Source: Propionibacterium ruminifibrarum (lineage in GTDB: Bacteria > Actinomycetota > Actinomycetes > Propionibacteriales > Propionibacteriaceae). From it: a stretch of DNA of 32,000 nt. Positions 1-7,101 of this stretch are shown here, in pieces; position 1 is the first letter of the stretch, and each line of letters opens with the position of its first letter. The notes below the pieces were generated by a model. The model did not search any database. It saw only the letters and a program-made list of their open reading frames with translations, and was not told where the DNA came from. Location of the stretch: contig NZ_OMOH01000006.1 of NCBI RefSeq assembly GCF_900289195.1, positions 1 to 32,000 on the forward strand, written 5' to 3'. Position numbers and translations under genes: made by a program.

Positions 1-316
1 CGACCCGCAACCGGGCGCGCGGGGTCAGGGCTGCGTTAGCGTGAGACACAAGAGGGCCTTTCTGACAGTGGACGACTTCGCAATCCCCACTCAACCAGCA
101 AGGCCCTCCCTTGCGTTCACACCCCTGGATCACAGTCCTTCAACCAACCAGCCCGATCAGTACAGCTAGCCGTGCGCCCGTCCGTGCCGCCTGAACCGGC
201 CCGAGGACCATCTGCTCGCCGCAGCAGCCCCTCAACGAGCGGGCACCCGCCGAACACGGCGGCCGCGCCGAGCGCACAGGCCACGAGAACCCGAAGAAGA
301 TCAGCGAGAACCTCAT

Positions 317-964
317 TCATGGTGCCACCGTAGAGGGGGCCACCGACACGCCCATCGCCTCGGCGAGCCGGGCCGTGGCGAGTTCCAGCCCCGCCGCCAC
401 CTCGCGGTGGTGGGCGGCCCGCAGGCGCTGGCCGACGGCTTGGGGGCTGATACCCAGGCGCCGGGCGGCCTGTGTCTGGGAGAGACCGGCCTCGACGAGG
501 TCGATGACCTGCCAGCCGGCCGCGCTGCGCCGGTGGATCAGCGCCGCGACGAGGGCGAGCACCGTCTGCGCCTCGTCCAGCGCTCGGAGATTCCGCGTCC
601 CCGCACCACCGACGAACCGTGGCGCGGCCGCAGCAGGGCGCCCAATGGCCTGCCGGGCCGCGAGGTAGGCCGGGCCGCGGGCGGCGCGGGTGGAGTCCGG
701 CAGGGGAAGCTCGACCTCGCCCACGCCGACGCCGACATGCCAGTCCCCCAGCCGCCAGAGCACGGTGACGGCGCGCACGACGGCGGCGGGATCGGCGCTG
801 AGCGCCTGGACCTCGTCTCCTGCCGTGCGTTCGAAACCCAGCCTGAAACCCTCGGCGAGGGGCGCCAGCGCCCGGAGGGCCTCGGGTACCCGGTCCGGCC
901 CGCGCCGGCTCACGCGCTGATCGGCGATCACCACGGCCCAGCACCGGGCTTCGCCTTCAACCAT
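317..964 (-). CDS. SatD-family-like putative DNA-binding regulator with C-terminal helix-turn-helix
   Basis: 215-aa ORF with ATG at 964. The N-terminus AVVIADQRVSRRGPDR resembles the xxIGDIVGSR opening of SatD-family proteins. The C-terminal LSQTQAARRLGISPQAVGQRLR is a sigma-70 region-4/LuxR-type HTH. The family call rests on remembered consensus, not a search. Confidence 0.5.
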   Translation of the reverse strand: MVEGEARCWAVVIADQRVSRRGPDRVPEALRALAPLAEGFRLGFERTAGDEVQALSADPAAVVRAVTVLWRLGDWHVGVGVGEVELPLPDSTRAARGPAYLAARQAIGRPAAAAPRFVGGAGTRNLRALDEAQTVLALVAALIHRRSAAGWQVIDLVEAGLSQTQAARRLGISPQAVGQRLRAAHHREVAAGLELATARLAEAMGVSVAPSTVAP

Positions 965-1082
965 GACCGAGATTCAACCCCTCAAACTTGATTCAAACAA
1001 CTAAAGCCTCTGTCCTTGATGCCGAATCGGGTTCGTGTCATGCGTCGTGGGCGCAGCGGGCGGCCGCGGCCCCGGGGCGGTC

Positions 1083-1736
1083 TCAGCGGCAGCGCGCCAC
1101 GCCGGGGACGACCACCTCATCCCACAGCCGGTCCACCTGGGCGCGCGTCGACTGCGGGGAACCGGCATTGTCGATGACGGTGTCGGCCACGGCCAGGCGC
1201 TCGTCGCGGGAGGCCTGCGCCGCTATGCGGCTTCTCGCCTGCTCGGCGCTCATGGCGTTGCGTGCCATCAGGCGCGTCATCTGCACCTCGACCGGCACGT
1301 CGACGACCACCAGGTGGTTGAAGTCGTGGGCCCTGCCGGTCTCGACGAGCAGCGGGATGTCGTGCACCACCACCGCTGCGTCGGGTGCGGCGTCCTGCAG
1401 TTCGGCGGCGGCGGCGTTGACGAGCGGGTGCGTGATCTCATCCAGCCGGCCCCGTGCGACGCGGTCGGTGAAGACGAGACCGGCGAGCCTTCCCCGGTCG
1501 AGCGCGCCCTGTGGGGTGAGGACCGACGGGCCGAACTCCTCGGCGAGGGCCTGCAGGCCCGCGCTCCCCGGCGCGACGACCTGCCGGGCCAGCTGATCGT
1601 AGTCGATGTGCACCGCCCCGTGCTCGACGAGAAGGGCGGCGACGGCGCTCTTGCCCGAGGCGATGCCCCCGGTGAGGCCGAGCGTGAAGACCCGGCCCAC
1701 CGGCGGGCCCGTCACCGTGGGATGCGTGGTCGGCAT
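1083..1736 (-). CDS. coaE: dephospho-CoA kinase
   Basis: 217 aa. It has the Walker A GLTGGIASGKS near the N-terminus and sits in the rpsA-coaE neighbourhood conserved in Actinomycetota. It starts 7 nt after the upstream stop. It is single-domain, without the extra C-terminal domain of mycobacterial CoaE. Confidence 0.9.
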   Translation of the reverse strand: MPTTHPTVTGPPVGRVFTLGLTGGIASGKSAVAALLVEHGAVHIDYDQLARQVVAPGSAGLQALAEEFGPSVLTPQGALDRGRLAGLVFTDRVARGRLDEITHPLVNAAAAELQDAAPDAAVVVHDIPLLVETGRAHDFNHLVVVDVPVEVQMTRLMARNAMSAEQARSRIAAQASRDERLAVADTVIDNAGSPQSTRAQVDRLWDEVVVPGVARCR

Positions 1737-1743
1737 GGCACGG

Positions 1744-2523
1744 TCAGCAGGTGAGCCGGCTCAACGCGTCGAGGGCGATCTCGAGGGCCACGCCGCGTGA
1801 GCCCCGCCCCCAGTCGCGGTCGTCGTGGCCGTTCTCCAGATCGGCCAGCGTGTCGGCGGTGTAGAAGAGCTGGGCGAACTGTGCCCCTCGGAGCGCGGCG
1901 GAGGCCGCCATGGCCGAGCACTCCATGTCGACGATGGCGCAGCCCTCGGCGCGGCGGTGGTTCAGCATGGCCCTGGTCTCCCGGTAGAAGGCGTCGTTCG
2001 TCCACACGGGCGCGTCATTGACCCGGTAGCCGGCGGCCTCGACGGCCTGGCCGATGACGGCGCGCATCGCGGGGTCGATGTCGATCCAGCGGCTGGCCGG
2101 CACGTACTGGAAGCTCGTTCCCTCGCCTCGCAGCGCCCTGGCCGGGACGACCAGCTCCCCGACCTCCAACGGTTCGAGGGCGCCGCACGAGCCGACGGCG
2201 ATGGCCTTGCGGACACCGTGCCGGAAGAGCATGTCGGTGTTCATGACGGCCGCCGGGGCGCCCAGCGGCATCATGAGGATCGCGAAATCCCCCTGCGCGT
2301 CATGGCCGCGGTAGACCGGGTAGGTGTTGCCTATCTGCTCCAGCGTCTCGATGACGGGCAGGTTCTCGGCGCGGGCGTACTCGTCGACGACCTCGCCGAG
2401 GAAGGCGAGGATGGCCCGGCTCGGGTAGCGGTCGGCGGGTATGGACGCGTCCTCGCTCTCGCCGATGAGATCAATGGAGTCATCATCGCGTTCGAGGATG
2501 GGCAGGTCGTGGGTGTGAAGCAT
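1744..2523 (-). CDS. nucleoside phosphorylase, PNP/UDP family 1 (uridine-phosphorylase-like)
   Basis: Motifs: RKAIAVGSCGAL (compare DeoD RVGSCGAV), ARALRGEGTSFQYVP (compare Udp VRLDGASLHFAP) and AIVDMECSA (the EME motif). The ORF track extends to 2673. I prefer the ATG at 2523 (MLHTHDLP...) because the extra 50 codons are Arg/Pro/Ala-rich and span the hairpin at 2615-2652. Confidence 0.75.
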   Translation of the reverse strand: MLHTHDLPILERDDDSIDLIGESEDASIPADRYPSRAILAFLGEVVDEYARAENLPVIETLEQIGNTYPVYRGHDAQGDFAILMMPLGAPAAVMNTDMLFRHGVRKAIAVGSCGALEPLEVGELVVPARALRGEGTSFQYVPASRWIDIDPAMRAVIGQAVEAAGYRVNDAPVWTNDAFYRETRAMLNHRRAEGCAIVDMECSAMAASAALRGAQFAQLFYTADTLADLENGHDDRDWGRGSRGVALEIALDALSRLTC

Positions 2524-2614
2524 GAGGTCGGTTCCTGGCTCCGGCCGGCTCAACGCGCGGCCTCGGGCGGGTACGGGGTTCAGCGGACCGGTGGGCTGGG
2601 CCCTGCCGGACGCG

Positions 2615-2652
2615 ATGAAGGCCCCAGCCCTTTTCAGGGCCGAGGCCTTCAT
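2615..2652 (-). terminator. putative rpsA terminator hairpin with no U-tract
   Basis: ATGAAGGCC (2615-2623) pairs perfectly with GGCCTTCAT (2644-2652). There is further inner pairing CCC/GGG around a TTTTCA loop. It lies 43 nt downstream of the rpsA stop. There is no T-run, as is common for actinobacterial hairpin terminators. Confidence 0.4.
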
Positions 2653-2694
2653 CCTTTGTGACGTCCGCGTCATGCGACGAGGACGCCGACAGGC

Positions 2695-4131
2695 TCAGTG
2701 GCTGCCCGACAGCTTGTCGCGCAGCGCCTGAAGGGCCTCGTCGGAGGCCAGCGAGCCCTCGTCCCCGGCCGGGGCGGCCGAGTAGCTCGTGCCGGCCTCG
2801 GCGGCGGCCTGCTGGTCGGCCTCCTCGGCCTCGGAGGCCTGCTTCTTCAGGGCCAGCCAGCGGGCCTGGGCCTCGGCGTACTGGGCCTCCCAGGCGGCCT
2901 GCTGCTCCTCGTAGCCCGGCTTCCACTCGTTGGTCTCCGGGTCGAAGCCCTCGGGGTAGATGTAGTTGCCGTTCTCGTCGTAGCTGGCGGTCATGCCGTA
3001 CAGCGAGGGGTCGAAGTCGTCGGCTGCGATGTCGACGCCCTCGTTGGCCTGCTTCAGGGACAGGCTGATGCGGCGACGCTCCAGGTCGATGTCGATGATC
3101 TTGACCAGGACCTCGGTGTTGACCGAGACGACCTGCTCGGGGATCTCGACGTGACGTTCGGCCAGCTCGGACACGTGCACCAGACCCTCGATGCCCTCCT
3201 CGACGCGGACGAAGGCGCCGAACGGGACGAGCTTGGTGACCTTGCCGGGCACGATCTCACCGATCTGGTGGGTGCGGGCGAAGACCTGCCACGGATCCTC
3301 CTGCGTGGCCTTGAGCGACAGGGAGACGCGCTCGCGCTCCATGTCGACGTCCAGGACCTCGACGGTGACCGGCTGGCCGACCTCGACGACCTCGCTCGGA
3401 TGGTCGATGTGCTTCCAGGACAGCTCGGAGACGTGCACCAGACCGTCGACGCCGCCGAGGTCGACGAAGGCGCCGAAGTTGACGATGGAGGAGACGACGC
3501 CCTTGCGGATCTGCCCCTTCTGGAGCTGCTCCAGGAAGTTGTGCCGGGTCTCGGACTGGGTCTGCTCGAGCCAGGCGCGGCGCGACAGGACGACGTTGTT
3601 GCGGTTCTTGTCGAGCTCGATGATCTTCGCCTCGAGCTCCTGCCCCACGTAGGGCTGCAGATCGCGGACCCGGCGCATCTCGACGAGCGAGGCGGGCAGG
3701 AAGCCGCGCAGGCCGATGTCGACGATGAGACCGCCCTTGACGACCTCGATGACGGTGCCGGTGACGACGCCGTCCTCGTCCTTGATCTTCTCGATCGCAC
3801 CCCAGGCACGCTCGTACTGGGCGCGTTTCTTGGAGAGGATCAGGCGGCCGTCCTTGTCCTCCTTCTGCTGGACGAGGGCCTCGATCTCGTCGCCGACGCT
3901 GACGACGTCGAAGGGATCGACATCATGCTTGATGGAGAGTTCCTTGGACGGGATGACGCCTTCGGTCTTGTAGCCGATGTCGAGGAGTACCTCGTCACGA
4001 TCAACCTTGACGACAGTGCCGGTGACGATGTCGCCGTCGTTGAAGTACTTGATGGTGGCGTCGACTGCGGCTTCGAAGGCCTCAGCGGTGCCGATGTCGT
4101 CGATTGCGACGGCCTCAATGGAGGAGGTCAT
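2695..4131 (-). CDS. rpsA: 30S ribosomal protein S1
   Basis: 478 aa with four tandem S1/OB repeats carrying the G.V..V..FGAFV....G..GLVH.SE signature (for example GKVTKLVPFGAFVRVEEGIEGLVHVSEL). It has an acidic C-terminal tail. GGAG lies 9 nt upstream of the ATG. Confidence 0.97.
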   Translation of the reverse strand: MTSSIEAVAIDDIGTAEAFEAAVDATIKYFNDGDIVTGTVVKVDRDEVLLDIGYKTEGVIPSKELSIKHDVDPFDVVSVGDEIEALVQQKEDKDGRLILSKKRAQYERAWGAIEKIKDEDGVVTGTVIEVVKGGLIVDIGLRGFLPASLVEMRRVRDLQPYVGQELEAKIIELDKNRNNVVLSRRAWLEQTQSETRHNFLEQLQKGQIRKGVVSSIVNFGAFVDLGGVDGLVHVSELSWKHIDHPSEVVEVGQPVTVEVLDVDMERERVSLSLKATQEDPWQVFARTHQIGEIVPGKVTKLVPFGAFVRVEEGIEGLVHVSELAERHVEIPEQVVSVNTEVLVKIIDIDLERRRISLSLKQANEGVDIAADDFDPSLYGMTASYDENGNYIYPEGFDPETNEWKPGYEEQQAAWEAQYAEAQARWLALKKQASEAEEADQQAAAEAGTSYSAAPAGDEGSLASDEALQALRDKLSGSH

Positions 4132-4436
4132 GTAGTAGGGCTCCGATGGTGGATGGTTATTGACTCAGTGCGCCGTGCCTGCTGGCGCGCACGACGGCGA
4201 CGACGAAATCCGCGAAGAGCCCGCAACCACCGCTGTGAGCACCCGCCCGCGAACCGGGGACGTTGACCACGAACCGGCCCGCCGGCGACGACGCCGCACC
4301 CTCTGTCCGGCACGGCGCACACAGCGCAGCGACAAGTTTAGGCGGCCCCGGCGGCCCCGGGCAACCTTCGGATCCGCCGTCGGCCCCTGACCGGGCCCCC
4401 GCCCCGGCGACGCCCCGGCCGGGCCCGGCGGCAGGC

Positions 4437-5894
4437 TCAGCGCCAGGGGTCGGGCAGTGCGACGTACACGGTCTCGAGGTACTCCTCGATCCCCTCGAAG
4501 GAGCCCTCACGGCCGATGCCGGACTCCTTGACGCCGCCGAACGGCGCCGCCGCGTTGGAGAACAGGCCCGTGTTGGCGCCGATCATGCCGGTCTCCAGCA
4601 CGTCCGAGAACCGTTGGATGCGATCGAGGTCCCGGGTGAAGACGTAGCCGGCCAGTCCGACGGGCACCGAGTTGGCGATGGTCAGGGCCTGTTCCTCGGT
4701 CGTGAAGGTGGTGATCGGGGCGACGGGCCCGAAGATCTCGGTGGTCATGATCTCGGCGTCGGGGGCCACTCCGGTCAGGACGGTGGGCTGGTAGTAACTG
4801 CCGGGCAGGTCGGGGATGCGGGCACCGCAGGTGGCCCTGGCCCCGGCCGCGATGGCACGATCGACCAGACCGGAGAGGGCGTCGCGGTCCGCGGCGGTGA
4901 TCAACGGCCCCACCTGGGTGCCGGGTTCGGTGCCGGGCCCGCACACGAGCCCGGACAGCCGAGCGGTGAGCTTCTCGGTGAACTCGGGCGCGCACGCCTC
5001 GTGGACGATGAACCGGTTGGCCGCGATGCAGGCCTGGCCCATGTTGCGCATCTTCGCGGCGACGGCGCCGTCAACGGCCGCGTCGACGTCGGCGTCATCG
5101 AAGACGACGAATGGTGCGTTGCCGCCCAGTTCCATCGAGACGCGCAGGCTGTGCCGGGCTGCCGCTGCCGCGAGCGACTGACCCACCGGTGAGGAGCCGG
5201 TGAACGAGAGCTTGCGCAGGCGCGGGTCATCGATGATCGCATCGGTGACGTCGTGGGAACGGCAGGTGATGACATTGACGACACCGTCGGGCAGGCCGAC
5301 GTCGGCGAGGACCTTCGCGAACAGCAGGGTGGTCAGTGGTGTCGCGCTGGCCGGGCGGATGACGGCGGTGCAGCCGGCGGCCAGGGCCGGCGCGATCTTC
5401 CGAGTGGCCATGGCCAGCGGGAAGTTCCACGGGGTGATGAACAGGCAGGGCCCGACCGGGCGCCGGGTGATGAGCTGGCGGAGGTTCCCCTCGGGGGTAC
5501 CCGCATAGCGGCCGGTGATGCGCGGGGCCTGCTCGGCGAACCAGCGCACGAACTCGGCGCCGTAGGTGACCTCGCCATGGCTCTCGGCCAGTGGTTTGCC
5601 CATCTCGAGGGTCATGAGCAGCGCGAAGTCGTCCCTGCGCCGGATGATCTCCTCGAAGGCTGCGCGCAGTAGTTCCGCACGCTCACGAGGAGCGGTGCGG
5701 CGCCAGGCCTCCTGCGCCCCGACGGCGGCGTCGAGACCGGCCAGCCCCTGCGTCGCATCGGCGTCGGCGATGGCGGCCAGGATGCTGCCGTCGGCCGGAT
5801 TCGTCACGTCGAAGGAGCCGGCTGCACCGGGCACCGCCTCGCCACCGATGATCAGCGTCCGGGGGGTGTCTGCTGGAATCGTGTACGAGGCCAT
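4437..5894 (-). CDS. gabD: NAD(P)-dependent succinate-semialdehyde dehydrogenase (aldehyde dehydrogenase family)
   Basis: 485 aa. It has the catalytic Glu block MELGGNAPFVVFDDADVDAAV (E. coli GabD: ELGGNAPFIVFDDADLD), the catalytic Cys block GQACIAANR, and EEIFGPV-like TEIFGPVAP. Confidence 0.88.
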   Translation of the reverse strand: MASYTIPADTPRTLIIGGEAVPGAAGSFDVTNPADGSILAAIADADATQGLAGLDAAVGAQEAWRRTAPRERAELLRAAFEEIIRRRDDFALLMTLEMGKPLAESHGEVTYGAEFVRWFAEQAPRITGRYAGTPEGNLRQLITRRPVGPCLFITPWNFPLAMATRKIAPALAAGCTAVIRPASATPLTTLLFAKVLADVGLPDGVVNVITCRSHDVTDAIIDDPRLRKLSFTGSSPVGQSLAAAAARHSLRVSMELGGNAPFVVFDDADVDAAVDGAVAAKMRNMGQACIAANRFIVHEACAPEFTEKLTARLSGLVCGPGTEPGTQVGPLITAADRDALSGLVDRAIAAGARATCGARIPDLPGSYYQPTVLTGVAPDAEIMTTEIFGPVAPITTFTTEEQALTIANSVPVGLAGYVFTRDLDRIQRFSDVLETGMIGANTGLFSNAAAPFGGVKESGIGREGSFEGIEEYLETVYVALPDPWR

Positions 5895-5900
5895 GCGCTC

Positions 5901-5906
5901 ACGATA
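5901..5906 (-). promoter_or_regulatory. candidate -10 hexamer (TATCGT) positioned for a leaderless gabD transcript
   Basis: The minus strand reads TATCGT-GAGCGC-ATG. This is a TANNNT hexamer 6 nt from the gabD ATG, with no Shine-Dalgarno in between. That geometry is typical of leaderless actinobacterial mRNAs. It is a prediction only. Confidence 0.3.
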
Positions 5907-5910
5907 ACGC

Positions 5911-5947
5911 CCGGCCGCCGCCGGGGACGGGCGAGGGCGGCGGCCGG
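5911..5947. repeat. 12-bp perfect inverted repeat (CCGGCCGCCGCC / GGCGGCGGCCGG) with 13-nt spacer
   Basis: Read directly from the sequence: arms at 5911-5922 and 5936-5947. It lies in the 141-bp divergent gabD / sortase-like intergenic region, over the expected -35 area of the candidate gabD promoter. Its function is unknown. Confidence 0.8.
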
Positions 5948-6035
5948 ATCGCGGACCGGGACCGGCCTTCCGTCCCCGCTGTTAGGCTGGACGCGTCGTC
6001 GTCACCAACCCCGGACGGCCCGACGAAAGGTTCCC

Positions 6036-6704
6036 GTGAAAAGGTCAACGAAGCGCATCCTCGGCTGGAGCATCCCGCTGCTCGTCGTGGTGATCATCGC
6101 CGCCTACTTCGGCTGGCGCTGGCTCAAGACGCGTCCCTCCCAGTACGAGCAGGAGATCCCCGTCTACCCCATCACCCCCACCTCAACTGCCGGCGAGAGC
6201 GCTTCCGACGTGCCCGAGGGCTGCTCCCCCAATCCGTCGGAGATCGTGGGCACCCACATCCAGTTCGACGGGCACACCGATGAGTTGACCCTGCTCTCCC
6301 TCGGCCTCGACGCCGAGGGCCTGCCCGGCACGCCCCCCGGGGACGAGGGCTACACCCTGGCCTGGTGGAACGGCGGCCCGTCGGTCGGCTCCGGGCAGGG
6401 CAAGGTCGTCCTCACCTCGCACACCTTCCGCTACGGCGGCGCGCTCGGCAATGACCTCAACGAGGGGCTGCTCTCCGAGAACGACGTCATCCGGATCAGC
6501 GACGACGCCGGGAAGACGGTCTGCTACCGCTTCACCAATGCGCTCAAGATCTTCGTCGACGACTACGATCCCAACTCCAACGTCCTCTACGACGACTACG
6601 GCGACCCGATGATCGTCATCGTCGTCTGCTCGGACTACCCGGCCAACGGCGGCGACCCGGCCGCCCGGGTTCTCTACTACGCGGAGCTGGTGCGCGCGGC
6701 CTGA
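6036..6704 (+). CDS. membrane-anchored sortase-like protein (class F-like, His-Cys-Arg triad present)
   Basis: 222 aa. GTG start, with GAAAGG 5 nt upstream. It has an N-terminal TM helix (ILGWSIPLLVVVIIAAYFGW). Sortase-like blocks: YTLAWWNGGPSVGSGQGKVVLTSHT (compare GWY..GP.PG..G..VLAGHV), IVIVVCSD (compare L.LITCGG) and AARVLYYAEL (compare R.NVVV.A). The call is motif-level only. Confidence 0.55.
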   Translation: MKRSTKRILGWSIPLLVVVIIAAYFGWRWLKTRPSQYEQEIPVYPITPTSTAGESASDVPEGCSPNPSEIVGTHIQFDGHTDELTLLSLGLDAEGLPGTPPGDEGYTLAWWNGGPSVGSGQGKVVLTSHTFRYGGALGNDLNEGLLSENDVIRISDDAGKTVCYRFTNALKIFVDDYDPNSNVLYDDYGDPMIVIVVCSDYPANGGDPAARVLYYAELVRAA

Positions 6705-6748
6705 CCAACGCGGCGGCCTCCTCGCCGGCCCGCCCTGAAGGACCCCGG

Positions 6749-7093
6749 TCATCGCGTCGGCAGGTCTGCGGTGGCTCGGGCGTAGGCGGCTGCCAGCCGG
6801 ACGGGATCGGCGCGGTGCACGGCCAGCGCACAGCCGTCACCGCGAGCGTTGAGCCCGATGCCCTCATCGGCCCAGTGCTCCAGCGCCCTGCGCCAGGGCC
6901 CGAGCGTCCCCCTGGCATTGACGATGCGCCACCACGGCACGGGCGAGCCGTCGGTCGCCATGATGCGCCCCACCTGGCGCGGACCGGTCCCCACCAGTGC
7001 GGCGATGTCGCCGTAGGTGGCCACCTGCCCCGGCGGAACGCACTCGACGGCGCGCAGCACGTACTCGGTGAGCAGGTCGTCGGCCGGGGGCAC
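6749..7093 (-). CDS. alkyltransferase-like (ATL) protein, MGMT DNA-binding domain lacking the acceptor cysteine
   Basis: 114 aa with HTH ATYGDIAALVG. The PCHR active-site position reads PWWR (SPVPWWRIVNARG). The GTG start is 8 nt after the polA stop, and a GAGGA Shine-Dalgarno overlaps the polA TGA. Confidence 0.75.
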   Translation of the reverse strand: MPPADDLLTEYVLRAVECVPPGQVATYGDIAALVGTGPRQVGRIMATDGSPVPWWRIVNARGTLGPWRRALEHWADEGIGLNARGDGCALAVHRADPVRLAAAYARATADLPTR

Positions 7094-7101
7094 GGCTGTC
7101 C

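Noticed and set aside
52-108. 9-bp inverted repeat (GAGGGCCTT / AAGGCCCTC) with a 39-nt spacer at the window edge, possible ncRNA or terminator
   Set aside because: The enclosed 39 nt show no obvious pairing, the element touches the window edge, and I recognise no RNA family. It is mentioned only in the SatD-like finding.
117-944. 275-aa minus-strand ORF overlapping the SatD-like gene in another frame
   Set aside because: It is extremely Arg/Pro/Gly-rich (RRRRARRHR, PPPRGGGG). Only its last 67 codons (117-320) are considered further, as a possible coupled small ORF.
2524-2673. 50-codon N-terminal extension of the nucleoside phosphorylase ORF
   Set aside because: It contains the strong hairpin at 2615-2652 and has non-protein-like composition. 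Homologous phosphorylases start near MLHTHDLP.
2698-4266. 522-aa plus-strand ORF antisense to rpsA
   Set aside because: Its composition is dominated by G/L/D/V/A/R runs (the mirror image of the rpsA codons). It has no motifs and fully overlaps a certain gene. This is a typical stop-codon-poor antisense frame in 70% GC DNA.
4341-4358. Tandem GGCGGCCCC x2
   Set aside because: Two copies of a 9-mer in 90% GC intergenic DNA is within chance expectation. It is not a repeat array.
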